Both the position numbers and the translations under genes were made by a program. From positions 1,440,001 to 1,504,000 of the forward strand of contig OZ242318.1 of assembly GCA_965208105.1 (NCBI GenBank): a DNA stretch of 64,000 nucleotides. Direction: 5' to 3'. Position 1 is the first letter of the stretch; each line of letters starts with the position of its first letter. This document shows positions 19,006 to 29,575 of the stretch, piece after piece. Under the pieces are notes generated by a model. That model searched no databases and was not told the DNA's origin. It saw only the letters and a list, made by a program, of their open reading frames with translations. Origin of the DNA: Candidatus Latescibacterota bacterium (GTDB taxonomy: Bacteria > Latescibacterota > UBA2968 > UBA8231).

Positions 19006-21243
19006 TCATGGATGCTGCGGCAGGGCTGTGGACGCCAGCACCAAGCGCTGCGGCGGCAGCGGCGAGGGCGCCGCGTCTCCCTCGCGGACCCGCACCACCT
19101 GGTCCATGGCCACCTCCTCGAATACCTGCACCTCGCCTGTGGCCGGCCAGGTGACCTCGACGAACTCTATCCTCCGGGCCTGCCCCAGGCCGATCTCCTG
19201 CTGCAGGCTCGATGCTCCGAAGCTGCCGCCGGTGGAAACGGTGGAATGGACGTCGCGCACCCCGTCGGCGCTGCGCACCCGCACCCGCACGCGGGCGCCG
19301 ATGGCGTCCCTGTTCGAGCGCACACCTTCCAGCCTGAGGGTGATCCAGTGGTTGCCGTGGCCCGGGTTCTCGAAGAGCACGTTCTGGTAGACGTCACCGG
19401 TATACGCCCCTCCCATCACCTCGAAAATGTCCTGGTCGCCGTCGTTGTCCACATCGCCGAAGGAGATTCCGTGCCCTTTCTGCAGGTGGCCGAATCCACC
19501 CGAAGCGGTAACGTCCTGGAAGGACCTGCCCTCCGCGTTGCGGTACATGAGATTGGGCATCAGGGACCTGAGGTCCGGTTCACCCGTGCCGATGTAGCAA
19601 TCGGGGAATCCATCGTTGTCCAAATCGCCGAAATTGGCCCCCATGGCCAGGATGATCCGGTCGAGTCCCACCTCCCGGGTCACGTCGGCGAAGGTGCCGT
19701 CGCCCTGGTTGCGGTAAAGCCGCGAGGACTCGGCGCCGGAAGGCAGTCCCATGAACACGGCGGCTATGTCTCCGGGAGTTTCCACGTGGAAGCTGCCGGC
19801 GAAGAGGTCCAGCCAGCCGTCGTTGTCGAAGTCCCAGAACCAGGTGGGGAAACTCTTGAGAGGCCTCTCGACCCCGGCCGCCGCGGTCACGTCGGCGAAG
19901 CGCCAGCCCTTCGAGGTCTTCCCCTCGTTGCGGTAGAGGACGTTGTCCTTGCCGCGGCTGGATATGTAGAGGTCCTGCAGGCCGTCGTTGTCGTAATCGC
20001 CCCAGGCAACCCCCTTGACGTAGGCGACGTGGTCAACTCCCACCTCCGCGGCCACGTCGGCGAAGGTGCCGTCGCCCTGGTTGCGGTAAAGCTGGCAGGG
20101 ATGCGCGTCCACGTTGTCGGATTCATTTCCCACGAAGAGATCGAGCCAGCCATCGTTGTCGTAATCGCCCCAGGCCACCGCGTGGGTGGGATGGAAGCTG
20201 AGCAATCCCGCCGCTTCAGTGACGTCGGCGAAGGTGCCGTCGCCCTGGTTGCGCAGCAGGGAGTTGGGATGGAGGCCCTGGTCGTGCATCCATGCGCCGC
20301 GCGGCACCAGCACGTCGCGGTAGCCGTCGTTGTCGTAGTCGGCGTGAAAGAGGTTCAGACCACCGATCTGCCCCTCCAGCCCCGCCGCCGCGGTGCGATC
20401 GCTGAAGCTTCCGTCGCCCCCGTTGCGAAAGTAGCGCAACTGGTCCCTCAGTCCCCAGGAGGAGGCCATGATGTCGAGGTAGCCGTCGTTGTCGAAGTCC
20501 TCCATGATGCTTCCCCCTGAAAGGGCGACCACGTCCAGCCCCAGGCGGGGAGCCAGGTCGCGGAAGCGCTTGATGTCGTAGTCGGCCGCGAAGTACCGCG
20601 GCGGGATAAGCCAGCGCTCCGGCACCTTGTCGGGGTAGACGCCGATGGTCATGTAGGCGATGTTGAGCAGCCAGCGGCTGCTGAGGTCGTCAGGGTCCCG
20701 TTCCAGCGCCGACTCGTACTCGGCAATGGCGGCGCGCGATCCGCGCTGCAGCTCGTGGACCCCGCCGGGGCGAATGGGGAACAGGCAGGACTCGGAGGTG
20801 TGGGCCAGCAGGCAGTTCTCCTGCTCGCCGAGACGCAGGTGAGCTATTCCCAGCCAGGTTCCGAGCTCCCGCAGGCGCTCCAGGCTGACCGGGTCGCCGC
20901 GCCTTTCCAGCTCCGTGCGCACCCGCGCGAACTCTTCTATGGCACTCGGGGTTTGGCCGGCCAGGAGGAGCTCCATGCCCAGATTGAAACGCAAGGCCCC
21001 GGTGTTGCCGCGGCCGCCGGCACGGGCGAGCCGGCCCCTCTCCAACCGCACCCTCGCCTCGTTGAGAAAGATGTTGGACGCCGGATCGCTGGCCGCCACC
21101 ACGCTGTCCAGCAGAGCCGCCATGCGGGCGTTGCCCCCGGGCCGCGCCTGCTCCCCCAGGTCGGTCCCGCACCCAGGAGTCTGCCCCAGCAGAAGGATGA
21201 GTGCCCAGCCGCCGATTCCCGCTCTTTGCCTCGTCCTGTGCAT
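19006..21243 (-). CDS. CRTAC1/ASPIC-UnbV family FG-GAP repeat exported protein
   Basis: Repeated WGDYDNDGxxD and LYRNQGDGTFADV; C-terminal NRDAIGARV (ASPIC/UnbV); N-terminal signal. Confidence 0.85.
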   Translation of the reverse strand: MHRTRQRAGIGGWALILLLGQTPGCGTDLGEQARPGGNARMAALLDSVVAASDPASNIFLNEARVRLERGRLARAGGRGNTGALRFNLGMELLLAGQTPSAIEEFARVRTELERRGDPVSLERLRELGTWLGIAHLRLGEQENCLLAHTSESCLFPIRPGGVHELQRGSRAAIAEYESALERDPDDLSSRWLLNIAYMTIGVYPDKVPERWLIPPRYFAADYDIKRFRDLAPRLGLDVVALSGGSIMEDFDNDGYLDIMASSWGLRDQLRYFRNGGDGSFSDRTAAAGLEGQIGGLNLFHADYDNDGYRDVLVPRGAWMHDQGLHPNSLLRNQGDGTFADVTEAAGLLSFHPTHAVAWGDYDNDGWLDLFVGNESDNVDAHPCQLYRNQGDGTFADVAAEVGVDHVAYVKGVAWGDYDNDGLQDLYISSRGKDNVLYRNEGKTSKGWRFADVTAAAGVERPLKSFPTWFWDFDNDGWLDLFAGSFHVETPGDIAAVFMGLPSGAESSRLYRNQGDGTFADVTREVGLDRIILAMGANFGDLDNDGFPDCYIGTGEPDLRSLMPNLMYRNAEGRSFQDVTASGGFGHLQKGHGISFGDVDNDGDQDIFEVMGGAYTGDVYQNVLFENPGHGNHWITLRLEGVRSNRDAIGARVRVRVRSADGVRDVHSTVSTGGSFGASSLQQEIGLGQARRIEFVEVTWPATGEVQVFEEVAMDQVVRVREGDAAPSPLPPQRLVLASTALPQHP
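19681..20253. repeat. Intragenic direct repeats encoding FG-GAP units (40 bp identical at 19681 and 20053; ~32 bp at 20222)
   Basis: cacgtcggcgaaggtgccgtcgccctggttgcggtaaagc repeated. Confidence 0.8.
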
Positions 21244-21276
21244 ACGCCGTGCGCGCCGCCCGCCCGGAAAGGCTCT

Positions 21277-22185
21277 CTAGATGTTCAGGTACTCTGCGAT
21301 CAGGGGGCGGACCCCCTCGTGGCCGTCGACCCCGCGCCCCGGATGGATGATCAGGCGGTAGGAGAACACCGCCCTGTCGCCGCCGGCAATGGTCATGCTG
21401 GCGTCGATGCTCTCGTCCCCCTCGTAATCGTGGACACCGAAGGGATTGGCGGCGAACAGACCGTAGCCGCGCACGTGCCAGCGCGTTGGATGGCGCGGGT
21501 TGTCCCTGTGGTCCACAACCACCATGCCCCACTGGCGGCCGTCGGCCAGCGGCCCGGAATAGTCCACCCACGCGGCGGGACGGCCCCAGGTGACCTCCTC
21601 GCCCCGGCCGCTGTCGTAGACCTGCCCCTCCGCGTTCTCGATGCGGCCATTGCCGCTTGCGTCCATCGAGGAAGCCACCCTGATCGCCAGCATTCCACCT
21701 TCCTTGGTGTCGCCGAGGTTGACGTCGCCGTACTTTGCCCTGAGCTCGCTGCGGTGGTCCAGGATGCGCAGCTCCCCCTCGGCGCGGACCCGGATGGTGC
21801 GGCGTTCCTCCAGGAGGCGCAGGCCCTCGGGGCCGAACCAGTCCACCATGCCGTCGATGGAAGCCTCCTCTCCCTGGACGCCGACCACCGGCTCCCCGCG
21901 CTGCAGCATGGAGCCGTGGCCGCTGCTTTCGTCCCAGAGGTTGCAGCCGTTCACCAGGCCGTGGGCTACGTAGAGGCCGCGGTGGTGGTAGTGGTCCTCG
22001 GTCTCGCCGGGGATGCGCTCGCATGGATAGCCGCGGGTCAGGCCCTGTCCGCCCGGGGTGAGCAGGGGATAGAAATAGGGCCGGCATACGTAGTGGCCGT
22101 AGCGGTACTCGGTGAACAGACCGCCCTCCACCGTGATGCGGGCCCTGGAATTTTCTGGATCCAGCTCGATGTCGATCATGGTCAT
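21277..22185 (-). CDS. DUF6807/'PmoA-family' protein
   Basis: RPYFYPL, DHYHHRGL, WVDYSG, WHVRGYGLFAANPFG. Confidence 0.7.
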   Translation of the reverse strand: MTMIDIELDPENSRARITVEGGLFTEYRYGHYVCRPYFYPLLTPGGQGLTRGYPCERIPGETEDHYHHRGLYVAHGLVNGCNLWDESSGHGSMLQRGEPVVGVQGEEASIDGMVDWFGPEGLRLLEERRTIRVRAEGELRILDHRSELRAKYGDVNLGDTKEGGMLAIRVASSMDASGNGRIENAEGQVYDSGRGEEVTWGRPAAWVDYSGPLADGRQWGMVVVDHRDNPRHPTRWHVRGYGLFAANPFGVHDYEGDESIDASMTIAGGDRAVFSYRLIIHPGRGVDGHEGVRPLIAEYLNI

Positions 22186-22210
22186 CCTCTCTCGAAAGTG
22201 CAGGCAAAGA

Positions 22211-23548
22211 TCAGACGCTGCGCCCGCAACACCGTTTGAACTTGCTGCCGCTGCCGCAGGGACAGGGGTCGTTGCGGCCGGGCTCCTTGCTCCCTGCCGC
22301 CGCCTCGGACCGCCGCCGCCGGGCCCACTCCATCACCGAGGCCGGCGCCCCTCCCCGCCTCAGCTCAGCCGCCATGTAGCGCATGTAGGGGTCGGCGTGG
22401 GCGAAGAACATCTTGTAGCCCCTGCACAGGTAGTTCAGGCCTTCCTCCCCGGCGGGAGTCCTGGTGAATCTGTGCTTGGGGCAGCCGCCGTTGCAGGCAA
22501 AGCGGAACTCGCACTCGCGGCAGTAGCGCGGCAAGGTATCCTTCTTGTCCTGTCCGAACCGCCTCTGCCGGGGACTGTCCACCATCTCGCGGATGGTGGC
22601 ATCGGCCACGTTCCCCAGCCTGTAGTCGGGATAGACGAAGTGGTCGCAGGAGTAGAGATCGCCGTTGTGCTCGATGATCAGCGCCTTTCCGCAGGTCTCG
22701 GCGAAGATGCACAGGCCGGCGTCCTGTCCCAGCCAGGAACCCAGGGCCACGTCGAACATCTGCACGAAGTAGTCGCCCACGTCGTGGAGCACCCACTCGT
22801 CGAAGACCTTGCACAGAAACCTCCCGTACTGCCCCGCGCCCACCGACCACCTGGACACCTGGGCCCTTCCCGCAAAGCCCGGGTCGATGAGCTCGAGGCC
22901 GTCGGCTTCGGGCTGGCGCGCAATGCGCTCGACGATGGGAATGAACTGCATGAAGTGGCTGCCGATACCCTTGAGGAAGCGATAGACTTCCAGGGGATGG
23001 TCGGCATTGTGGTTCTGCAGCACGGTCAGGGTGTTGAACTCCACCTCGTGCCTTTTGAGGACCTCGAGGCCGGCCATCACCCGGTCGAAGGTGGGCTTTT
23101 GTCCCTTGTCCACCCGGTAGCGGTCGTGCAGGGGGCGCGGACCGTCGATGGAGACGCCAATGAGAAAGTCGTTTTCGGCCAGGAACTCTCCCCACCGGTC
23201 GTCCAGCAGAATGCCGTTGGTCTGGAATGCATTGGTGATCTCCTTGCCCCCGGCGTATCGCTTCTGCAGCTCCACCGCCCTGCGGTAGAAGTCCACCCCC
23301 AACAGGGTGGGCTCCCCTCCCTGCCAGGCGAAGTTGACCTGGGGCACGTCCTGGGCTTCGATGTACTGGGATACGTAGCGTTCGAGCACCTCGTCGCTCA
23401 TGCGCCAGTTTTTGTTGAGGTGGGGATAGAGCTTCTCCTTCTCCAGGTAGAAGCAGTAGGTGCAGTCGATGTTGCACACCGAGCCGGAAGGCTTGGCCAT
23501 TATGTGCGAGGCCACGGGCGCTGGAGAAGGAGCGGTTGCAGTCGTCAT
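22211..23548 (-). CDS. Anaerobic sulfatase maturase (radical SAM/SPASM with SEC-C tail)
   Basis: CNIDCTYC, WQGGEPTL, YSCDHFV, CNGGCPK, GRNDPCPCGSG. Confidence 0.93.
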   Translation of the reverse strand: MTTATAPSPAPVASHIMAKPSGSVCNIDCTYCFYLEKEKLYPHLNKNWRMSDEVLERYVSQYIEAQDVPQVNFAWQGGEPTLLGVDFYRRAVELQKRYAGGKEITNAFQTNGILLDDRWGEFLAENDFLIGVSIDGPRPLHDRYRVDKGQKPTFDRVMAGLEVLKRHEVEFNTLTVLQNHNADHPLEVYRFLKGIGSHFMQFIPIVERIARQPEADGLELIDPGFAGRAQVSRWSVGAGQYGRFLCKVFDEWVLHDVGDYFVQMFDVALGSWLGQDAGLCIFAETCGKALIIEHNGDLYSCDHFVYPDYRLGNVADATIREMVDSPRQRRFGQDKKDTLPRYCRECEFRFACNGGCPKHRFTRTPAGEEGLNYLCRGYKMFFAHADPYMRYMAAELRRGGAPASVMEWARRRRSEAAAGSKEPGRNDPCPCGSGSKFKRCCGRSV

Positions 23549-23638
23549 GAGGAGAAAGGCCGCGACGGGAGTGGATTTCCGCGCAGGTGGTGATTATGAT
23601 AGTATCTTTGCACTCAGGATGCAACGGCGGGAATGGAT

Positions 23639-24304
23639 ATGGCCAACATCTTCATCGGCGACATCCACGGCTGCGCCGCGGAGTTCGAGGAGCTGCTGGA
23701 GAAGTGCGGGTTTCGCCCGGGTCGCGATCGCCTTCTGCTCACGGGTGACGCCTTCTCCCGCGGCCCCGACCCCCTGAAGGTCTGGGATCTGATCGAGCAT
23801 ACCGGGGCGGAAATGGTGCTGGGCAACCACGACGACAGGTTGCTGAGCCACCTACTGCGCAGGCACGCCGGCCAGGACCCCGGAGCTAGCCATCCCGGGC
23901 ACAGGCGGGTCATCGACATGCTCATGCCAGGGGTCGACCGCCTGCTGCCATGGCTGCGGCAACTGCCCTTGTGGATCGAATCCGAGTCCTTCCTGCTGGT
24001 CCACGCCGGGGTCAACCCGGAGAAGGGATTTTCCCGCACCTCCCGCGACGAGTTCCTCAAGATTCGCACCTGGCCCCCCGGGGACGGCATCGAGGGCAGG
24101 CGCTGGCACGACTACTACAAGCCCCATGGCAAGGTCCTGGTGTTCGGCCATGACGCTCCCGGCGGCGTGGTAATCAGGAAGCACCGCAACGGATGCCCCT
24201 ATCTGGTGGGCCTGGATTCAGGCTGCGTCTACGGAGGGAGGTTGAGCGCCTGGATTCTGGAGGAAGAGCGCCTCGTCCAGGTGGAGAGCCTGGGTCGCGC
24301 CTAG
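23639..24304 (+). CDS. Metallophosphoesterase (ApaH/PPP-like)
   Basis: GDIHG, GDAFSRGP, GNHD, VHAG, FGH, DSGCVYGG. Confidence 0.9.
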   Translation: MANIFIGDIHGCAAEFEELLEKCGFRPGRDRLLLTGDAFSRGPDPLKVWDLIEHTGAEMVLGNHDDRLLSHLLRRHAGQDPGASHPGHRRVIDMLMPGVDRLLPWLRQLPLWIESESFLLVHAGVNPEKGFSRTSRDEFLKIRTWPPGDGIEGRRWHDYYKPHGKVLVFGHDAPGGVVIRKHRNGCPYLVGLDSGCVYGGRLSAWILEEERLVQVESLGRA

Positions 24305-24467
24305 TGCCTGCTTGCGTAAGTAAGCGTACGAACGAGGGCGCAGAAGCGCCCGGCTCGCAAGGCGCCTGAGCGAGTCGTACCTGGAGTGTACGGCGAGGGA
24401 GGGCAACGCCGCGAGCCGGGATGCAGCGGCGGCCGAATTCACGCGGAATTGCGCAAGCAGGCACTAG
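24301..24467 (+). mobile_element. MITE copy 1 (167 bp, 16-bp perfect TIR CTAGTGCCTGCTTGCG)
   Basis: Terminal inverted repeats; near-identical copy at 35824-35990 in opposite orientation. Confidence 0.85.
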
Positions 24468-24624
24468 TGTTCCGTGCCGGAAACATGTCAGCGGAGAGGG
24501 GAATGTCCCCCGTAGACTTCCCCGGCGGTATCTACCGGGGGCGCCGATGCGCACCCTCCGGCCCGCGGTGAGCGGTTGCCCTTTGAACCCTGCCTGCGCC
24601 TTCACCTGAGAATTGCCGGACAAC

Positions 24625-25434
24625 ATGCCCGAACTTCCCGAGGTTGAGACCGTGCGCAGCGCCCTCGAGCGCCACATCCTGGGTCGCAGAATCCTGGGGG
24701 TGCGGACCAGCGGCCAGCGCCTGCGCGAGCCCCTTCAGGAAGGGCTCCTGAAGACCCTGGCAGGGGACTGTTTCGTCCGCGCCAGGCGCCGGGCGAAGTT
24801 TCTCCTGCTCGACCTGAAATCGCCGCAGACCCTCCTGGTCCACCTGGGGATGAGCGGGAACCTGCTGTTGCGACCCGGCGGCGGGAAACACGACCATCTG
24901 ATCCTCGAGCTGGACTGCGGGCCCCCACTGGTGTTCAACGACCCGCGCCGGTTCGGCCTGGTTCTCCTCTACCGCACCGACGCGGTGGAAAACTCTCCCT
25001 ACCTGGGCAAACTGGGCGTGGAGCCCCTGGAAAAATCCTTCGACGCCCACTACCTCCGCTCGGTGTGCAAGGGCCGCACGCGCCCCATCAAGAATCTGAT
25101 CATGGACGCCTCCATCGTAGCGGGGGTGGGAAATATCTACGCCAGCGAAGCCCTTTTCAGGGCGGGAATCCTGCCCACCTCGGAGGCGCAACGCATCGGG
25201 CCGCGGCGGCTTGACCGGCTGGCGCGGGAAATCAAGCAGGTGCTGAGGACCGCCATACGCCAGGGAGGGACCACCATCGCCGACTACAGAGGTTCGGGGG
25301 AAGGGGGCCGATTCCAGCAGGAGCTGTGCGTGTATGGACGCAACGGGCAGAACTGTCTAGTGTGCGAAAGACCGCTAAGATCCATGGTCCTGGCCGGGAG
25401 GAGCACCTGCTACTGCGCCCGCTGCCAGCGATGA
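24625..25434 (+). CDS. mutM: Formamidopyrimidine-DNA glycosylase
   Basis: MPELPEVE, HLGMSG, GVGNIYASE, C4 zinc finger. Confidence 0.95.
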   Translation: MPELPEVETVRSALERHILGRRILGVRTSGQRLREPLQEGLLKTLAGDCFVRARRRAKFLLLDLKSPQTLLVHLGMSGNLLLRPGGGKHDHLILELDCGPPLVFNDPRRFGLVLLYRTDAVENSPYLGKLGVEPLEKSFDAHYLRSVCKGRTRPIKNLIMDASIVAGVGNIYASEALFRAGILPTSEAQRIGPRRLDRLAREIKQVLRTAIRQGGTTIADYRGSGEGGRFQQELCVYGRNGQNCLVCERPLRSMVLAGRSTCYCARCQR

Positions 25435-25533
25435 CGGCAGGGGGCTTCCCCTTGCTGCAGCTCACCGCGCCGGCATCCCGTCGAGAAACAAGTGGCCGTT
25501 ATTCCCCCGATCCATCCCGGGGGCTCGATTGGG

Positions 25534-26157
25534 TCAACCTGTCTCGGCTTCGGGACCCTGGCGGCCGTTGCGCTCGGGTGTGGTGGTGGTGATTATGTCG
25601 TCGATCAGTCCGTAGTCCCTGGCTTCCTGGGCGGACATGAAGAAATCGCGGTCCGTATCCTGGGAGATCTTCTCCACGTCCTGGCCGGTGTGGCGGGCGT
25701 AAAGGTGGTTTATCTCCTCGCGCAGGCGCACGATCTCCCTGGCGCGGATATCCAGGTCGGTGGAGGAACCGGTGATGGTCCCCATGATCAGGGGCTGGTG
25801 AATCATGATGCGGGCGTGGGGCCAGGCAAAGCGCCGGCCCCGGGCGCCGGCGGCCAGCAGCACCGATCCCATGCTTGCGGCCATTCCCATGCAAACCGTC
25901 GATACCGGCGATCCAATGGATTGCATGGCGTCGTAGACCGCCATGCCGTCGGAGGCAGACCCTCCCGGACTGTTGATGTAGAGCACGATCTCCTGCTCCG
26001 AGGATTCGGCGTCCAAGGCCAGAAGCCGGGTGACCACGGCCCTTGCAGACTCGTCGTTGACCTCGGACCACAGGAAGATCTTGCGGTCCTTGAACAGGCT
26101 CATTTCCAGGCTTTTTTCCTGCAGACTCCGGATCAAACCCTCTTCTTGTTCCGACAT
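25534..26157 (-). CDS. clpP: ATP-dependent Clp protease proteolytic subunit
   Basis: YINSPGG, AASMGS, MIHQP, DRDFFMSAQEARDYGLID; GGAG RBS. Confidence 0.95.
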   Translation of the reverse strand: MSEQEEGLIRSLQEKSLEMSLFKDRKIFLWSEVNDESARAVVTRLLALDAESSEQEIVLYINSPGGSASDGMAVYDAMQSIGSPVSTVCMGMAASMGSVLLAAGARGRRFAWPHARIMIHQPLIMGTITGSSTDLDIRAREIVRLREEINHLYARHTGQDVEKISQDTDRDFFMSAQEARDYGLIDDIITTTTPERNGRQGPEAETG

Positions 26158-26361
26158 GCTCTCCTTCTCCTCCAATATCTCCACTGCATGGAACCGGCTG
26201 AAGGCTGAGAATATACAGGACCCCAAAAATGGCGTCAAACGGGATCCACTGACCGATCACCCGCCCTCCCGGTCCCCGTTCCAGGGGTCCGGCCTCCATC
26301 TTCCAAACGCCGGTCCCGGCCGCCAGCCGGCCGCAGGAATCCCCGCCCCACATCCCCAAGC

Positions 26362-29300
26362 TCAAGCCGCCCCGCCCCCGCCTGACGCGCCTCTCCAGGT
26401 TCGACCTTCCAGAGGTCTGCTGAAGGCCGCCGCCATCCTCCGTCCCCACAGGCGCAAATCGTCGAAGAAGGTGTAGAACAAGGGCACCACCAGCAGGGTC
26501 AGCACCATGGAGGCCAGCAGTCCCCCCATCATGGTGCGTCCCAGCGGGGCGTAGTTCATGCCGATCATTTTTTCGTTGCCCACGGCCATGGGAATCAATC
26601 CGCAGATGGTCGTGAAGGTAGTCATCAATATGGGTCGGAATCGATGGCGTCCGGCTTCCACCAGGGCCTCGAAGCGGTCCATCCCCTCCAGGCGCAGGCG
26701 ATTGACAAGGTCGATCAGAACGATGGCATTGTTCACCACCACACCAATGAGAATCACCGCGCCAATCGCGGACATGGTGTCCTGGGGAGTGGAGGTCAGG
26801 TACAGTGCCCAGTAGACCCCGAGGAAGGAAAACGGTATGGAGACGATCACCGAAAGCGGCAGCAGGAAGGATTCGAACAGCACCCCCATCAAAAGAAAGA
26901 CGAAGGTGACCGCCATGATCAGGGCGAATTTCCGCGAGCGGTCGACCTCCTCCAGGCGCACGTAGCGGGCCCCCTTGTCCCAGCGGTATCCCCGCGGCAT
27001 CTCGAATCCCTCCATGGCCTGGTCCACCTGCTCGAAGAGCCTGGCGGCATCGTCCTTGGATGCCTTGGCGCTCACCGTGATCATGGTCTGGCGATCGAAG
27101 CGGCGGATCCTGTCCAGACCTTGCTCCACGTAGAAGGTAGCCAGGGTTTCCAGGGAAACCTCGGCGCTGTCCCTGGTTGCGAAAGTGAGGTTGCGCAACT
27201 GGCTCATGCCCTCGCGGTCCTCCTCTTCGAGGCGGAGGCGAATGACGATATCCCGGCCCTCCTCGGTCCTGAATCTGCCAAGCTCGACCCCGTGAAGCCG
27301 GGTGGAGGGCCAGCGCGCCCCGATCTGGCGGGAAACGGCCTGCGGATCGACGCCGTAGCGCTCCAGCCTATCGCGGTCGAGGCGCACCTGCAGCTCCGGG
27401 CTGCTCTGGGCCATGTCCGTGCGCACCTCCTCCAGGCCGGGGATACTCAGCAGGCGCCTGGCGACCTCGCCCACCAGTCCCATCAGCACCCGGGTATTGT
27501 GGCCATAGAGGTTGAGCGAGAGGGCCGCGTCCTGGTCCTCGCGGTTCCAGTTAAGGATCATGGTGGTTCCGGGAGGAATGTGGATCCGCTCTTTCAAATC
27601 CTCCACGATTTCCTCGTAGTCGAGATGGGGCTTGGGGCGAAGTCCGAGCCCGTGGACGATGTTCTCGAAGGCCACCTCGTACCATTCGAGGCGTTCCCCT
27701 TCCTTGAACATGACCCCCACACCCCCTCCCCTTCCCTTCTCGAACCAGGACCGCACCACATCGATGTTGTAGTCTTCCCTGTGGTTGTGCAAGGTATCCT
27801 CCACGCCGCTGATGAACCTGTCCATATTCTCCATGGACAACCCCGGGGGCATGTGGAAGCGCATGTAAATGTTGCTGCGCCTCCGTTCCTGCTGGTCGGT
27901 CCGCTTGATCCCCTCCATGGGAAAATGGATGCTTGCCATGGCCAGCACCACGACGATCAAGGTGTCGAGGCGGTGGGTGAGGACCCACCTCAGGCAGCGC
28001 ACGTAGAGACCGCGCAGGCCAACGATCATCTTCCGCTCGGGAGGCGTCTCGGCGGAGGACAGGCGCTGGGCGGCGAGGGGAATGAAGATGAGGGCGATGA
28101 ACAGGGAAGCCAGAAGTCCGACGACGACGGGCATTCCGATGCGCAGCATCCAGAAGGAGAAGTCGTGGTCGTCGCTCATCAGGATCAGGGGCAGAAAAAC
28201 CACAGCCGTCGTCAGGGTCGCCATGGTCACCGCCATGCCCACCTCGCCCGCTCCGGTGACGGAAGCGGCGCGAGGCTCGGTTCCCCCCTGGCGCTTGCGG
28301 TAGATGTTCTCGACGATTACGATGGCGTTGTCCACCACCAGTCCCAGGCTCAACATGAGCCCCATCATGGTGGCTATGTTGAGGGACCAGCCGATGAAGT
28401 AGAGCGCCGTGGTGGTGGCCAGAATCGAGAGCGGGATGGCCAGGGTGATGATGGCGGTCATGCGCACGTTGCGCAGGAAAAAGAGCAGCACCAGGGCGGC
28501 GAAGAGTCCGCCCCACAGACCCGAGGACTTGAGGTTGTCGAGGGAGCGGAGGACGTGCTCTCCCTGATCCCAAAAGATCTTGACCTGGAAGCCATGGAAC
28601 CTTGGCTGCTCTTTCAGCTCTTCCAGTTTGGCGCGCACTTGCCGCGAAATGGCCACGATGTTGCCGTTGGAGACCCGCTGTATCCCGACCCACATGGCCT
28701 CCTGGCTGTTGGTGCGATTGACCCAGAGTTTTTCAGGAGTGCGCCGCCGCACCGAGGCGATGTCCGCCAGGCGCAGATCGCGGCCGGCATCGAGGACGAT
28801 ATCGCTGATCTCCTGCTCCGACCGGAAGCGGCCCAGTGAACGCACCTGAATCTTCCTGCCGCCCTCGTGAACGAAACCGCTGGAAATGGTGAAGTTCTGG
28901 TCGCTCAACTGGTTGACGAGCAGGCCCACGTCGGCGTTGTGGCCGCGCACCCGGTCCTCGTCCAGCTCGATGAGAATTTCCTCACCGCTACCCCACGACC
29001 GCACCGCCCCCACTCCGTCGAGACGCTGCAGGGCCGGCCGCAGATGGGATTCGACGAAGTAATGTGGATCGCTGTAGCCCTCTTCGAAGCGCACGTTCAT
29101 CCACATGATTTCATCTTCGTCAGCGTCTCCCCAGTTGCCGATCTGGATGAATTCGACGTCGGGCAGCTCCGGTCTGAGCCGGTCCATGCGCTCCGCCAGC
29201 TCCGCCCATGCCCGTCCCATGTCCGCATCGGGCTTGAAGCGAATGGTCGCCGTGCCCCTTTCGCGCAGGGCCCTGGTGCGGATTTTCTCAACCTGGGACA

Positions 29301-29541
29301 GGGTGGACAGGGCTTCTTCCAGGGGTTGAACGATGACCTGCTCCACCTCCTCCGGGCTTGCGTTCGGATAGGGAATCCACACCCAGAGGCGGTCTCCTTC
29401 GAGCCCCGAGGGAAGCAAGCTGAGGGGAATGCGGTTATAGGCGATGGTGCCCACCGCGAGCAGGGCAACCAAAATCATTATGGTGGCAATGGGCCGGTCC
29501 AGGGACAGGCCCGGGAGCCGGTATGGATGATTGTCTGCCAT
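26362..29541 (-). CDS. RND efflux transporter permease (AcrB/MdtC-like)
   Basis: RPIATIM, VVDNAIVIVENI, RFRPILMTT. Confidence 0.92.
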   Translation of the reverse strand: MADNHPYRLPGLSLDRPIATIMILVALLAVGTIAYNRIPLSLLPSGLEGDRLWVWIPYPNASPEEVEQVIVQPLEEALSTLSQVEKIRTRALRERGTATIRFKPDADMGRAWAELAERMDRLRPELPDVEFIQIGNWGDADEDEIMWMNVRFEEGYSDPHYFVESHLRPALQRLDGVGAVRSWGSGEEILIELDEDRVRGHNADVGLLVNQLSDQNFTISSGFVHEGGRKIQVRSLGRFRSEQEISDIVLDAGRDLRLADIASVRRRTPEKLWVNRTNSQEAMWVGIQRVSNGNIVAISRQVRAKLEELKEQPRFHGFQVKIFWDQGEHVLRSLDNLKSSGLWGGLFAALVLLFFLRNVRMTAIITLAIPLSILATTTALYFIGWSLNIATMMGLMLSLGLVVDNAIVIVENIYRKRQGGTEPRAASVTGAGEVGMAVTMATLTTAVVFLPLILMSDDHDFSFWMLRIGMPVVVGLLASLFIALIFIPLAAQRLSSAETPPERKMIVGLRGLYVRCLRWVLTHRLDTLIVVVLAMASIHFPMEGIKRTDQQERRRSNIYMRFHMPPGLSMENMDRFISGVEDTLHNHREDYNIDVVRSWFEKGRGGGVGVMFKEGERLEWYEVAFENIVHGLGLRPKPHLDYEEIVEDLKERIHIPPGTTMILNWNREDQDAALSLNLYGHNTRVLMGLVGEVARRLLSIPGLEEVRTDMAQSSPELQVRLDRDRLERYGVDPQAVSRQIGARWPSTRLHGVELGRFRTEEGRDIVIRLRLEEEDREGMSQLRNLTFATRDSAEVSLETLATFYVEQGLDRIRRFDRQTMITVSAKASKDDAARLFEQVDQAMEGFEMPRGYRWDKGARYVRLEEVDRSRKFALIMAVTFVFLLMGVLFESFLLPLSVIVSIPFSFLGVYWALYLTSTPQDTMSAIGAVILIGVVVNNAIVLIDLVNRLRLEGMDRFEALVEAGRHRFRPILMTTFTTICGLIPMAVGNEKMIGMNYAPLGRTMMGGLLASMVLTLLVVPLFYTFFDDLRLWGRRMAAAFSRPLEGRTWRGASGGGGAA

Positions 29542-29575
29542 CGCGCAGTCTTCTCGAGCGGCTGGCCGCCGCTGT

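Noticed and set aside
19681-20253. 32-40 bp direct repeats resembling CRISPR repeats
   Set aside because: They are in-frame FG-GAP coding repeats, irregularly spaced by 170-370 bp, with no cas genes.
24218-24609. Short ORFs repeated near 24.3, 35.8 and 60.5 kb (e.g. MNSAAAASRLAALPSLAVH)
   Set aside because: They are translations of the MITE sequence, not genes; no transposase motifs.
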